A stretch of 63,841 bases of DNA, filler included, from Octopus bimaculoides (GCF_001194135.2; 9 parts of 9 records of this genome joined end to end with filler, not necessarily neighbours in it); one strand, 5' to 3'; shown: positions 1 to 13,465, counted from the first letter of the whole stretch. Notes: generated by a model from the sequence alone, not told the origin. Numbers and translations are program-made.

Positions 1-212
1 CTATATCTAATGGTTAATTAGTTCTTTTAAAAGCAAATAATTATTTTTGCTAATAATGTTTCTAGCATTCGTTTTTATTTTATATAAAATATTTTTCGCT
101 TCAATTAAAGGTCTAGAAAGAAGAATAAAAAAAAAAACATTCGCTGATTAGATACTCAGTCTGATTGCATATTCTCAAACACTTGTTTTCCTATACGTAT
201 ACTGTTTGGTAG

Positions 213-281
213 ACATCATCATTGCACTTGGCCTGAAGATAAAATTCTTATCTCCCACTGTCTCAGCTCACCTAGCAGAAA
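213..281 (+). CDS. Putative internal coding exon of an unidentified gene (phase 1 to 1)
   Basis: AG acceptor at 211-212 and GTAGGT donor at 282; open frame (D)IIIALGLKIKFLSPTVSAHLAE; phase-compatible with 2115-2137. Confidence 0.45.
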
Positions 282-770
282 GTAGGTATTACGAAATAAA
301 AAGCATCACTTTGCATAATTAGTGAATGAATTGTTAGCATCTGTCATCCAACTGAAGTTCTAGTCTAGTGTTGATTTCGAGTAAAGTAATCGCTATCGTT
401 TTCGAAGACGCGAAGTTAGTTGTTTGATCATTGGGACTCTTGTTTACTCATTGAAATAGCGAGCAATTTGCTTAATATTCTCTATATCCATGGGTATAAA
501 CACTTTCGGAGAATTTACAATCCCTTCAAAACCTTCTGTGCAATTTTTCTTCCCTAATTTATTCTATAAATCTTGGATCGAAACGATTCCATGGTAAACA
601 ACACTTTTCCTGAATCGCCCGCAGTGGAATTGATTTCGGATGATCGTGATTGGGAAATTAACTTTTTAATTCTCGGCCAAGTTGCACTCACAAAATGAAG
701 CGATTTGAAATGTAACCATTAGTCAGTCACTGAACATCGTTCCGAAACATGTCAGTATAATCATTAAAAT

Positions 771-1754
771 TTATTTAAATCTGGAAATATACATTGCATT
801 TTTCAATGCAAGGATACTATACAGCATGTTACTAATCAGATGACGAATATTCTCTTGGGGAATTTCTTGCCTAGTTTCGTGCAGTAATCTCAAAAGATCA
901 AGCTTTGAGGATGCTTTCTTGTTCTTTTTACGGCGTTTCCTGTCCATTATGTTCCAGATGTGTTCAATAGGGTTCATATCTGGTCAATGACTTAGCCATG
1001 GAAGTTTTTACGCCATTCTTTTCCAACCAATCTTGGGTCTTTTTAGCCGTGTGACAAAGAGCCCCATTTTCCTTAACTTAGGTCTTCTTCATTTTACCAT
1101 TGGAGATGATTGGAAGAAGTCCTTTCTACAATACGGACACATATTTATCTGAGTTTATGTTTCCATCACACTCCACCATTTCTGATTGACCATTGCTCCA
1201 AATTGTGCCCTAGACCATCGCAGAATAGCTGGCTTCTTTCATTGTTGACAGCAATTTCCTTATGTCAAATTCTTGATCACAGAGTCTCCAGACCTACACT
1301 CGACCACTGTTAGAAAATGCAGCAAATTTGGACGCATCAGAGAATATGATAATGTCCTAAATTGTTAGCGGTCACTCAATCATCTCACTGGCCCAATAGC
1401 CAAGAAGCTCTTGATGTTGGCTAGTCAATGAAGTGGCTTCCTTCATGCTGTTCTGCCATAGTAATCAAGTTTGTGGAGATACCCGACAGCTGTTCTGGGA
1501 CTGACATCAACTTGTTCTGCTATGTCAGAGGCCTTGCAATGAGGTTTATCCTCCACACTTAACAAAGCAAAATGTCCTGTCAGAGGGCCCTCCTACACCT
1601 CTCTGGTGAATTACAAAATCACCCTGTTTACTGTAGAAAGCGGAATCTCAAAGTTTTCTGCGATTTTACGCTGACCAGATCCACCTTCAGATTGACCCAC
1701 GATACGGCCTCGTTGAAATTTGGACAGTTCCAAGACTTCTTTTGTACGTGGCAT
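771..1754 (-). mobile_element. Tc1-family DNA transposase pseudogene
   Basis: N-terminus [45 protein letters not shown] (paired-like HTH) from ATG at 1754; C-terminus PDMNPIEHIW...SSKLDLLRLLHETRQEIPQENIRHLIS (Tc1 SPDLNPIE motif); internal stops. Confidence 0.85.
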
Positions 1755-2114
1755 GATTAAACAGTCACATACAGAAACTTAAACACAAAAATGGACATTA
1801 ATAAAAGATATAAACTTTTCAACTTAAAAATAAACATAAAACAATGTTTTATGGGCTGTCTATTTACTTATGTCATGTCTGTACTTTCATTTACATGATT
1901 CATTAAAGACAGGAATGTTTTCCAGATTTATCGTTAACTTTTATAGGCTTTTTATATTTATGCGTCAATTCTTTGTTAGCTTGGAACGATAATGCTCCTA
2001 AATCTATGTTGTAAAATTTCCCACCATAAGTTTCTGAACCGTTAGACCTCCACGTCAGCAATCACGTGTTGTTTTGTTTTGTTTTGTTTTAATCAATTTC
2101 TTTATAATCGTTAG

Positions 2115-2137
2115 AACAGCATGTTCGTAGCTATATG
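2115..2137 (+). CDS. Putative 23-nt micro-exon of the same unidentified gene (phase 1 to 0)
   Basis: Long T-rich tract and AG at 2113-2114; ATG|GTAAAG donor; reads (K)QHVRSYM and bridges the phases of the 213-281 and 3376-3495 exons. Confidence 0.45.
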
Positions 2138-2305
2138 GTAAAGTGTTGATGCGTGTGTTGTTTGTGTATTTATTCTGGCGTCAGGTTGCGATATGGGTAG
2201 AGCTTACATGATTGATCTACATTTGTGAGGAATTTTTTAAACTGTGCAAGTGTTATTCTCCAGTATATTTCTAGCGTATTTTGTTTATTAGTGTGTGCTA
2301 TAGAT

Positions 2306-2560
2306 CAGTGGTTTTCAACCATTTAAAACCTGTGGACTCCTTTGATTCCTCTTCTTTTCTACTGGACCCCTTTAGTCATTCGCTGTTAATAAAAGAAAAT
2401 GTCTTACTGTTCTTTTATAATTAAATATTATTCGGAATTGCATATAAAAGAAGCATTTTCTGAATTGTAGAAGTATAACTAATTTATTGCTTATAATTTT
2501 TAACAATTAAATCTTATATTGTCCCTCAAGGGTCACATGGACCCCATTTAGGAACCACTG
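2306..2560. mobile_element. hAT-type MITE
   Basis: Termini CAGTGGTTTTCAA / TTAGGAACCACTG; internal similarity to copies at 22146 and 41810; TSD not preserved. Confidence 0.7.
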
Positions 2561-2929
2561 CTAATGCGAGTTGCGAGTCTTCTTTGTAAATGCATGTTGA
2601 TTGAACGAGACAATGTTGTACAAGTATGTCCAGTGTAACAACTGGATTCCTGGAGTTTGCAACTTTCAGTTTTATAATTAAACTTATAGATTGCGCTGGT
2701 TATCAGTAGCCTCCTCGTCTCGGTCAAATTTCGAAACAACGCAAGCACCAAATCTATTTCAGTCCTCCAAAATGAGAGTGTAAATCTCTGGATAGATTAC
2801 ATGTAGATTTAAGAATTTTATTGTTCCAAACCAACTGCTAGAAACTAAATCAAAGATACAAAAAACTATAATAAAAAAAAAAATACAGAACGATTGTTTA
2901 ACTTTTACAATTTCTGGGCTGCCGACGTA

Positions 2930-2980
<51 letters not shown>

Positions 2981-3155
2981 AAGGGGGTCTTTGTGCTTGT
3001 ATGTGAATGTGTTTGTTTGTGTGTGTGTGCATGTCAGTATATGTAGTGAGTTACAGTGACATTTTAAAATAGACACAAGATCATGAAGATGGAGACAGAC
3101 AAAACACACACACACACACATATATATATACATATATACACATATACACACAGGC

Positions 3156-3208
<53 letters not shown>

Positions 3209-3375
3209 TACATACATACATACATACATGCATACATACTTATATGCATATGTATATACATGCATACGTAGATGCTTAACGTATATGCTGTCGGGTCTTA
3301 GGTTGCACATCGGTTCTGCTAATTAATTAATGTCCAAAGTTTCTATAATTTCTAATTAGTTGTGATTTTCTATAG

Positions 3376-3495
3376 GACGGGGAAGATCTAATTGCGTTAA
3401 TTAACTTGCTATTGAAGAAGATGGAACAGGATGATGAAACTGGTAATGCCGGGCAAAATGATGAATGCAATACGCATGCGCAAAAGCATCACTGA
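3376..3495 (+). CDS. Putative terminal coding exon of the unidentified gene (alternative donor possible at 3443)
   Basis: TTTTCTATAG acceptor; frame DGEDLIALINLLLKKMEQDDETGNAGQNDECNTHAQKHH*; the other two frames stop within 10 codons. Confidence 0.45.
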   Translation, partial: DGEDLIALINLLLKKMEQDDETGNAGQNDECNTHAQKHH

Positions 3496-3520
3496 TACCT
3501 GATTTGTTCACGATGATTAT

Positions 3521-3566
<46 letters not shown>

Positions 3567-3760
3567 CGTTGTTGTTGTTGTTGTTGTAAAGAACTTTCGA
3601 TTGCAAAGAGAAGAGAAAGGTTTTGTAAGAGTGCGGAAGACAGAGAGGGAGAGATAGACAGAAAGACAGTGAGTGTGTGTGTGAGAGAGTGGGGGGATAA
3701 ACAGACAGACAGACTGACAGACAGTGAATGAGTGTGTGTGTGTATGTGCGTGTGTGTAAC

Positions 3761-3821
<61 letters not shown>

Positions 3822-3849
3822 AAAGAAAGATGTGGTCAANNNNNNNNNN

Positions 3850-3880
<31 letters not shown>

Positions 3881-4389
3881 AAAGAAAGATGTGGTCAATC
3901 ACTGGTTCGAATTGATCGCTGAGTCTTCGATTGTAATTGTTTTTATTCTTTTTTTTAATTTTTTTTTTTTTTGAAATGACCTCGATCTAGAAGAGATAGG
4001 ATCTAGAAGAAATATAATCAAAATGTGGTCCAGCGACGACCATCACTTCATTTCCTCAGCTGCTGCCATCTAGAACATCTTTGTCCTTTTGAAGACACAC
4101 TATGATTTCCGGAAGATGTAGTTGGTATTTGTAGCATATCGAGAATCTATCTAGAATCTCTTTTTGCTAGTTCATAAACAATAAGAACAAATTTTCGGGT
4201 TGAATTTGTAGATAAATGTCTTTACTTCACAAATTTGAGTTTCACCTTCGGTCTTATATAAGAAATTTTTCTGCTGTCATTAGATATATCTGTGTGTATA
4301 TATGTATGACATTGTTCAGTTTCATTTCAAGATTTCTTGCCAATAGAGAAACAGTCCGTTTCTAACCTAGATTCAAGGCCACTTCCATG

Positions 4390-4813
4390 GAAATTCAGCA
4401 TCAACAACAGGGTATTTTTGTATGTATGTATGTATGTATGTATGTATGTCTTTATGTTTGTATGTATGTATGTATGTATCTTCTATTTTTAAATTATTAT
4501 AAATCTTCCACTGAGGAGGGAGTCGGTTTCCAACAAAAATACAAGGCTCCATATTTGGGATGTAGTTAACACAGATTAACTCACATTTGGAACTTGAGAA
4601 AAGTCTTCTATATTCTTACTGTTCCGCTCAGAGATTGGACTTGTAATGTAGGAATCAGCTGGTCAGTTTCACTTTCTGAAAATCCCAGTTTATCCACATT
4701 CTCCTTTAAGCATTTACTAACCAAACCTAGAATTCTAATTGTTATTGGTATGAATATGAATATAGTCTGGATTTAGAAGCTGGAGGTTTCGAAGCAGTTG
4801 TCCAAAGATATCC
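4390..4813 (-). mobile_element. 3' end of R4/Dong-like (restriction-like endonuclease) LINE with (ATAC)n tail
   Basis: Frameshifted minus-strand translation GQLLRNLQLLNPDY...LGLVSKCLKENVDKLGFSESETDQLIPTLQVQSLSGTVRI.KTFLKF resembles R4/Dong C-termini; followed by a tetranucleotide tail. Confidence 0.65.
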
Positions 4814-4823
4814 NNNNNNNNNN

Positions 4824-4884
<61 letters not shown>

Positions 4885-5111
4885 GACTTAGCTCTTATTT
4901 CTAGCAAGTAGATGCTTGTTAAGCATCATTACGCTTCGTGCAAGTTTATAATTCATACCTATTTAAAGCTATTATAACTGCGATGCACCTATATAACTAC
5001 TGGTGATATCATCAAATTTAGAATTTATCCACAGATGATATGACCAGGAGTAACATCTTATTTCAAATCTCAGTGTTTGAATGTTTCATTTATATATGTA
5101 TATATATATAT

Positions 5112-5146
<35 letters not shown>

Positions 5147-5359
5147 CGTGTGTGTGTGTGTGTGCGCGCGTGTAGATGTATGTATAGTCAGTACACACAT
5201 GCATACATAAATGTGTATGTACGTGCTTTGGATGTAAGCAGTTTATGAACACCGTAAACGGAGAGTAAAAGAAACTTAGAAATAAAGGGAAAGGGGATCT
5301 CTCACAGTATTCGAAACAGCAATCTCTTATAGCTGGTGGCCACAGTATACACACACACA

Positions 5360-5405
<46 letters not shown>

Positions 5406-5524
5406 NNNNNNNNNNNNNNNNNNNNNNNNNNNNNNNNNNNNNNNNNNNNTTAATTAATTAANNNNNNNNNNNNNNNNNNNNNNNNNNNNNNNNNNNNNNN
5501 NNNNNTATGTATGTATGTATGTAT

Positions 5525-5957
5525 ACGTTGCTTGATGGCCTTCTGGATTTCTGCCAGTGTTAGGGGGGAGGGCATCAAGCGACACCAGGACTGGGCGTTG
5601 TGGCATGTCTTGGATGGCCTGCTGGTCAATCTGGGAAGGTCTGTTTAACAGCTGACTAAAGTGTTCCCTCCAGCGTTGTATGATGTCACTCTTCTCAGTA
5701 AGCAGGGTTCCATCAGCAGAGCGCACAAGTGCCATTGCATTTAGCGTGGGGCCATACACGTCTTTCAGGCCAGCAAAGAACTTCTTGGAGTTGTGCTTGT
5801 CTGAATGCTGCTGTAGTTCTGCAGACTTGTTTTCCCACCATTTGTCTTTCATCCGTCGCAACTCAGTCTGCACCTTTCCTCTGATATTCTTGAGGTGGTC
5901 GTGCTTGGCTTGGGAGTCTTTGTCGTTGAGCCAGGCTGTGAAGGCTTCTGTCTAGGG
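5525..5957 (-). mobile_element. RTE-clade LINE fragment, endonuclease-RT linker
   Basis: TEAFTAWLNDKDSQAKHDHLKNIRGKVQTELRRMKDKWWENKSAE...KKFFAGLKDVYGP...IIQRWREHFSQLLNRPS, a typical RTE linker. Confidence 0.9.
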
Positions 5958-6572
5958 CAGAGAGAGCTGTTCTATCAGAACCTCACCAAAGTGCTATGGT
6001 CAGTTCCTAAAGACAACAAGCTGCTGATATTTGGGGACTTCAATGCCCGTGTAAGCAGAGATGCCCAGTCTTGGCCAGACGTCATCGGGCCACATGGCAT
6101 CGGACATGAGAATACCAACGGTCAACAGAGATTCACCATCACCAATACCCTGTACCAACTGCCTGACATCCACAAAGATACCTGAATGCACCCAAGGTCC
6201 AAGCATTGGCACCTGATTGACTATGTGATCACCAGGCACTGTGACATCCAGGATGTTTGCATCACTAGGGCAATGAGGGGAGCTGACTGCTGGACAGATC
6301 ACCTGCTGTTGAGGTACAGGCTGTCCTTTTCTATCGTCAGCAGACACAGACACCAGAAAGCTGATGTTAACAAGAAACTGGACGTCCAGAAACTCAATAA
6401 ACCAAAAAACAAAAGAGACCCTCATTGCCAACCTTGTGAACCAGCTTGAACATCTGCCAGTAGAGGGAAACCTTGAGAAGGCCTGGACCAACTCCTGGGA
6501 TGCATTGTATGATTCTGCCAGCCTTACCCTTGGCCACACAAAACGGAAACACCAAGACTGGTTTGACAACAA
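5958..6572 (+). mobile_element. RTE-clade LINE fragment, APE endonuclease C-terminal half, inverted relative to 5525-5957
   Basis: LLIFGDFNARV, HPRSKHWHLIDYVITR, ADCWTDHLLL and KRKHQDWFDN motifs; stops and frameshifts. Confidence 0.9.
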
Positions 6573-6620
6573 ATATATATACATATATATATATATGTGT
6601 GTGTGTGTGTGTATGTGTGA

Positions 6621-6873
6621 AGGTGCATGGTTCAGTGGTTAGAGCATCGAGCTTACGATCGTGAGGTTGTGAGTTCGATTCACAGACCAGGTTGCGTGTT
6701 GTTTTCTTGAGCAAGACACTTTATTTCACGTTGCTTCGGTTAACTCAGCTGTAAAAATGAGTTGTGACATCATTGGTGCCAAGCGGCATTGGCCTTTGCC
6801 TTTCTCTTGAATAACATCAGTGGTGTGAAGAGGGGAGGCTGGTATGCATGAGCGACTGCTGGCCTTCCACCAA
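6621..6873 (+). mobile_element. tRNA-derived SINE (related copies on minus strand at about 39650-39945 and 58650-58885)
   Basis: Pol III A-box-like TGGTTCAGTGGTTAGAGC and B-box-like GTTCGATTC, followed by the CTTGAGCAAGACACTT core shared by the other copies. Confidence 0.75.
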
Positions 6874-7489
6874 NNNNNNNNNNNNNNNNNNNNNNNNNNN
6901 NNNNNNNNNNNNNNNNNNNNNNNNNNNNNNNNNNNNNNNNNNNNNNNNNNNNNNNNNNNNNNNNNNNNNNNNNNNNNNNNNNNNNNNNNNNNNNNNNNNN
7001 NNNNNNNNNNNNNNNNNNNNNNNNNNNNNNNNNNNNNNNNNNNNNNNNNNNNNNNNNNNNNNNNNNNNNNNNNNNNNNNNNNNNNNNNNNNNNNNNNNNN
7101 NNNNNNNNNNNNNNNNNNNNNNNNNNNNNNNNNNNNNNNNNNNNNNNNNNNNNNNNNNNNNNNNNNNNNNNNNNNNNNNNNNNNNNNNNNNNNNNNNNNN
7201 NNNNNNNNNNNNNNNNNNNNNNNNNNNNNNNNNNNNNNNNNNNNNNNNNNNNNNNNNNNNNNNNNNTTCTGCCAGCCTTACCCTTGGCCACACAAAACGG
7301 AAACACCAAGACTGGTTTGACAACAAATATATATACATATATATATACAAATATATATACATGCATATATATATACACACACACACACACAAATATTGAG
7401 ATAGATAAATAGATTGATATATATACTCATTCCATATATGCATATATATCATCATCCTTATTTAACCTTTTTTTCCCTATTTTAGATGG

Positions 7490-9330
7490 TTGAACAGAAT
7501 CTGAGGAGCAAGAGGATTGTGCTGTGGTGGGGTATCAGAAAATTATACCAAGTAGCTTGAAGGGAACTGAAAGGAATAGGCTTTCCAGTGTTCTACAGTG
7601 TGAGCACTAGAGGCATGAGCTATTCCAGGTAGCAAGATCGTGTATCAAATAAAATCAAGACACTGTGGGAGAGAAATGTGTAGGGATGGATAATGGTACA
7701 CATGCACTTCTTGAGTCTGAAAAGAAAGAGGCATGGAAGTGTCAACTATGGCTGTTAAACATGGAGAATGCAGGGGAAAAAAAAAAAGAGTCTGACAGAA
7801 GGAGCAGCCAATATATTTGACAACAGTATGATAAAGCAATTAAGAAGTTAAAGACAGGAAAAGCCCTTGGTCCATCAAGAATTACTGATGAGATACTTAA
7901 AATATACAGCCTAGTTATTTGTATAGTTAATCAGGTTGTATGGGAAGCTATCATGGTGAACGACTGGTATACCTGTATTGTAGTCAACTGTTACAAGTGT
8001 AAATGAGATGTCTCAGAGGGAAGTAATTACAGAGGTATCAAATAACTGGACCAGGTCATGAAATGTTGCACAAAGAGTATACCTCAACTAATTAGACCAA
8101 ATGAGATGCAGTTTGGTTTTGAGTCAGGGAATCGTTTGACTAATGATCTCTTTCAGGTAAGGCAACTTAGATTTATTAAATTTAGATTTACTAAAAGTAA
8201 ACCACTGTACTTGAATTTGTCAACCTGGAGAAAGACTTTGATAGGGTCCCTTGCTCCCTAATTTGGTGGTCATTGCAGAAGCTAAGAGTAGATGAATGGC
8301 AGGTGAAAGTCTTTCAAACCATGTACAGAGATGCTGTCACTAAAGTGAGAACCAGCAAGGAGTACAGAAATGAATTTAGTGTGCTAGCAGGAGTTCACCA
8401 AGGATCAGTATTCAGTCACTTTCCGTTTATTACAGTCCTCCAGGCTATAATAGAGGAGTTTACTTGTGGGAACACCAATAGGTTGAAGACCTTGTTCTTA
8501 TAGCTGAATCTGATGTAGAATAAGAAAAGAAATTCCAGGTGTGGAAGAAAAACATGGTATTAAAGGTTCTTAAAGTTAACTTAGCAAAGACCAGTGTTTG
8601 AGTAAGCAGAAAAATAGCATGTTAATCTCTTCAGGAAAACGAACCTGTTCAATATGTAGAAAAGGTTTCCAGGTAGAAAGCACAAATTATGGATACATAA
8701 AAGGTGCAGTGGAATCACAAGCAAATTAAGAGAAAAAGTAGACTTTGTTTGTGGCAGATGTGCAGAACAATAAACACTAAGAACACATAGGAAATAGATT
8801 TTCTCAAATGCTCAGGAGCATCCTAAGTGGTTTTGGTTACTTAAGTCACCTAATTAGCAGTAGAAGAAGATGTTCTGAAAGCATAGTAGCTAGAATATGA
8901 ACCGGTTGAAGAAAGTTCAGAGGGTTATTGCCACTGTGGTAACAAAAGCCTCTCTCTCAGTGTGAAAGTTAAATGTGTGATGCTTCTGTACACTAAGGAA
9001 TACTACATGGTAGTGAAACATGAGCTGTAAAAGTAGATGACATGTGATGACTAAAATGAAATGAAGCTAGAATACTCTGCAGGGTGTGCAACATCAGTGT
9101 CCATGTACAACAAAATACCAAAGTACAAATGTGTCCAGTGAAAAATTGGGCATAAGACGTAATGTGCCTGAGAGAAAATGGTGTTCGTATGGGTACGAGA
9201 TGCATATGAAAGGGGACAACTGCATAAAGAAGTTTGATCATCAAATAAGGATGGAACCTGTGGAAGAGGGAGACCCAGGAAGACATTGGACAAAATAGTG
9301 AAGACCAACTTCTATTTGTTGAGCCTAATG
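7490..9330 (+). mobile_element. Decayed RTE-clade LINE reverse transcriptase
   Basis: KAIKKLKTGKALGP, NYRGIK, MQFGF, LEKDFDRVP, GVHQGSVFS, LVLIAES and later LHGSET motifs across multiple broken frames. Confidence 0.85.
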
Positions 9331-9573
9331 GTGGAGAAGACAAAGGATTGAGATTGTTGGCAATTCACTGAAGAAGACCAATCTATTTCAGTTAAAAAAT
9401 GAGGTCCTCAAAGCATACCATTTATGTCTCTGCTCACTCCCACTTAATCTGTACTTATCAGGCCTTCACCACAACTCTCCTCTATAACATTCATCTCTCC
9501 ATGGTTCTTCTAACTATGGTACTACTTAATCAGCTGTGTTATAATTATGGGAGCAGAATATATGATACATACG

Positions 9574-9635
<62 letters not shown>

Positions 9636-11789
9636 CACATATAAATATATATACATACATACACACACATATATATATACATACACATCTATATACCTAC
9701 ATACATCTATACATATATATATGTATATGAATGCTTAGGGTATCTAAAGGAATACAATAATATAGCAGTGTATGCATTGAGTGTGTGTGCATGTTTATAA
9801 TCAAAACTAACGAAAGACTGCAAGAGTTAATTAATTAATGATTGAATACTCATACAAATTATGCAAGCATATATACATACGTGTGTGTATACACACACAC
9901 ACCAAAAACGATCGGGCGAGCGTGAGGTAATTCATCACACACACACACACACACACAGAGGTGGGTGGGTATGGGTGTGTGCAATACGTCCGTGTGTGTG
10001 TGTGTGTGTGTGTGTTTGTATGCGCGCATTTATATATATATATATATAATATATATATATGTATGTATGTAGGTATATGTATGTAGGTATGTGTAATGTA
10101 TGTATGTATGTATGTATAAAAAAACAGTGAAGTTTGTTTTTACCTTGCATCCAACACGATTACTTATTAAAAACTAACACAACAGGTACAAGTGGTTTTG
10201 TAGACGAAATTGAGAGAAAGAAACAGAGACGAGGAATTCTAGTCTTGGATTGGGTTTTCTTTCGCTTTAGTTGTTCGACATCAACAGTTCCTTGTGCTGC
10301 TTTGCATTAAAATATAATGCGTTTGTATATATGTATAATAAATATAATGGAAAAAATTCCGAATATTACTTATAAAAACCACCTTGACTTTCGTACGAAA
10401 TGATGCGATAGAAGGTTGCTCTATTGCTTTGTTTTTTTTTTCCTTGTTTTTCTCTTTTGCTACCCTTTAAAATTCGATGATTCGAGAGAAAGAGAAAGAG
10501 AGAGAGGGTATTGTTGTTAAGACATGTACATTATGTATATGTGTGCGCGCGCTGGTGCTGTATGTATGTGCGTGTGCAGCATCTACCAATGTATGCTTAT
10601 TACGGCATCAATGTATATACGTGTGTGTGTGCGTGTGTATACGCTGCACATATACAGAGAGGTAAGAAACAACATTAATTATAAAAGACCACCTTGGATT
10701 TCTTACGAAATTATACTAAGGCAGTTGTTTCGTTTTCCTCTATCTTGCTATCTATTCCATGAGCTTTGAGTTGACATCTTTCTCTCTTCCTCCCTCTCTC
10801 TCTCTTTCTCTCTGTATATATATATACATGCGCGCCCGCACGAGTACATAGATACACATACATGGTAGAAAAGAACTGTGGTTGTGTACGTCGTAAAAAA
10901 AAATCCCAAAAAACTATAGGTATAGAAGTAGAATTATTAAAGAAGTTGGTATGTAGTGAGAAGTTTTGAGCGTTTCATAAAAAAAAAAAACAGTCATTCT
11001 TCGGGGTAACCAGGGAAGTTAGGAACAAGTGTACCCTTTCTAACTAAAAAGAGAGGCTGCCTCTGATTCAGAAAGGAAGAGCCGAACTTCTATCTTTTCT
11101 GAAACATCGGAAGCTTCTCCGGACAACGCGTGACCCAACTTATGTAATTTTGTTTCATACATACATAAACACACACACGTATATACATGTATGGAGATAG
11201 ATATACATAGAGAGAGAGGGAGAGGGAGAGACAGACAGACAGACAGACAGAGAGGGGCTCAGACAATTAATTCTTTGACGCAAAAGAATGTCCCACTATG
11301 CACATCTCTGTTTCTATCACTCTCTTCACTTCACCCCACGTCTAATTCTCTCGTATTTTTTCTTTAACAGTGTCATAACAATATCGGTCTGTGTTTTCAT
11401 GACATTTTTTACATCATACTTTCAATCATCACAACATTAATTTCTATTTTGTATTCAAACATTTTATGATAGTAATGTAGAAACCGAGGAAGAATTGGTT
11501 GCAGTATCAGGAGAGTCGGACGACCACTTATGAGGCTTCTCCTCTCACTCAAGCCACTGTCTCCCAATCAGCACAAGAGAACATCAAACACAACCAACAA
11601 TCGCCCTCAACAACATATACATAACACAGACACACGCACGTATGTACGTACACACCACCACCAGCAGCAGCAGAGAGCATTGAGTACAATCAACCATTCA
11701 TTACACTCCATGACATAAAAATAATACAAAATTACAAAGAGTTTGTTGAAATAACATATACGGTTCGTTATGTCACTTTCTTTACCCAG

Positions 11790-12200
11790 AACAATTACAT
11801 GTACCACGTTTGACCATGAGAATGAAACAACAACGGTATACAAACAATACATTAGATGCATCATGGATTATGCCATTCCTACTCCAGGCCCCGACCTCTG
11901 TACAACAAACCCCGATAAACTGCGAGCACAAAACACTACACATCTTAAATGGGTATACACAGACCTCATCCATTACATTAGCTTCCCAACAAAACATACT
12001 AAAAAGTGAAAAAGGAGCAGAATATGCATCGGATACTTTGTTGCAGCAGTAAGCTAGTCCCCACAGCTGCAAACATTGTGCTGGGATGCACACATCACCA
12101 CCAACGAATGCAGAGAAACAGAAACAGTTGTGCTCTGACCTAATGCACCTTAACCATGCTTATCGCAGCCACCATGGGAATCTACGGAGAATGATAGAAA
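11790..12200 (+). mobile_element. I/Jockey-like LINE RT C-terminal remnant
   Basis: VYKQYIRCIMDYAIPTPGPDLCTTNPDKLRAQN resembles the LY..YIR..MDYA..W.P.L.....KL..QN signature. Confidence 0.55.
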
Positions 12201-12850
12201 GTGCAGGAAAAGAGAAATAAACTCGATGGCTGGAAAGAGAGCAACGTGCCCTCACTGTCATGCTACATCCAGTATGATTCATCACTGCATGTGGAATAAC
12301 GCAGTATAGTGTCGTTTAGGTGAACACATGGTCTGATTGGGAAGTTGAATTCGTGGGTCGCGTTACCTCATTCTTAATGACAACCTGCGTACCAAAGAAC
12401 TAACTGCTCAGTAAAGGCCGACCTTAGGTTACAAAACAACTTATATGCAGTCTCTCCTCTCCACTCTCTTTCTCTGTCTATCTATCTGCCTGTCATAAAG
12501 GGACAGACTGCTGGAGCAATTGCATACACAGATGCCTGTGAATACGTTTTATATCTATATCTATATACATATATACAGAGAGAGAGAGACGCGCGCCTTT
12601 GTGTGTATATATATGTATGTATATATAAATACATATATATATACATATGTATGTATATATATATATATATATNNNNNNNNNNNNNNNNNNNNNNNNNNNN
12701 NNNNNNNNNNNNNNNNTTAATTAATTAANNNNNNNNNNNNNNNNNNNNNNNNNNNNNNNNNNNNNNNNNNNNTTAATGGGTGCTTTTTTTTTGCATGCCA
12801 CCAGCATCACTGAGGTCACCAGGCAATTCACAAGTCACCCCCAACCCCTT

Positions 12851-12899
<49 letters not shown>

Positions 12900-13233
12900 T
12901 AATCTAGAAGTTTGTTTCTCATGGCCAGTTTCGGAATGACCATTGGTTTTGCAACTATAGGCAATTTATTACACTCAAAAATTCTGACTCTGACAAGTCA
13001 CCTCTACAACTAAGCACTTTATACATGTGAACCCAATGGTCATTCTTTGACCGGCCACAACAATCAACCTTCTCAAATTTACTCCTCAAATGTTTAAGAG
13101 TGTGCATCTTTTCAGATACATGAACTACTGACTAATATCTATATATCTATATATCTATATCTATATCTGTCAATCTATCTGTTTGTCTGTCTGTCTGCCT
13201 CTGTGTGTGTGTGTGTGTGTGTGGTAAGAAGCT

Positions 13234-13268
<35 letters not shown>

Positions 13269-13270
<2 letters not shown>

Positions 13271-13424
13271 ACAGGCTTCTTTCAGTTTCCATCTACCAAA
13301 TCCACTTACAAGGCTTTGATCAACCCAAGGCTATAGCAGAGGACACTTGCCCAAGGTGCCATGCAGTGGGACTGAACCCAGAACCATGTGGTTGTGAAGC
13401 AAGCTTCTTACCACTCAGCCACTC

Positions 13425-13427
<3 letters not shown>
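13269..13427 (-). mobile_element. Abundant tRNA-derived SINE (other copies at about 14711-14872 +, 15690-15829 -, 31050-31218 +, 48820-48955 +, 54380-54462 -, 60425-60506 -, 61870-62020 +)
   Basis: Recurrent GTGGCTGTGTGGTAAGAAGCTT...GGTTCAGTCCCACTGC...GGCAAGTGTC...GGAAACTGAAAGAAGCC body seen in many copies in this window. Confidence 0.85.

Positions 13428-13465
<38 letters not shown>

Noticed and set aside
2050-2068. CCACGTCA (UPRE/XBP1-type site) plus CACGTG, tempting because HRD1 is a UPR target
   Set aside because: It lies 38 kb from the SYVN1 exons found, inside a putative intron of another gene, with no SYVN1 first exon nearby. An 8-mer is expected by chance.
6513-7390. Apparent duplication of 6513-6600 at 7267-7390
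   Set aside because: The two copies flank one N gap, consistent with overlapping contig ends. The same applies to 3810-3900.
10968-11004. Minus-strand CCGAAGA...GAAACGCTC hammerhead-like fragment
   Set aside because: Core and helices are too degenerate to support; at most another PLE terminal relic.
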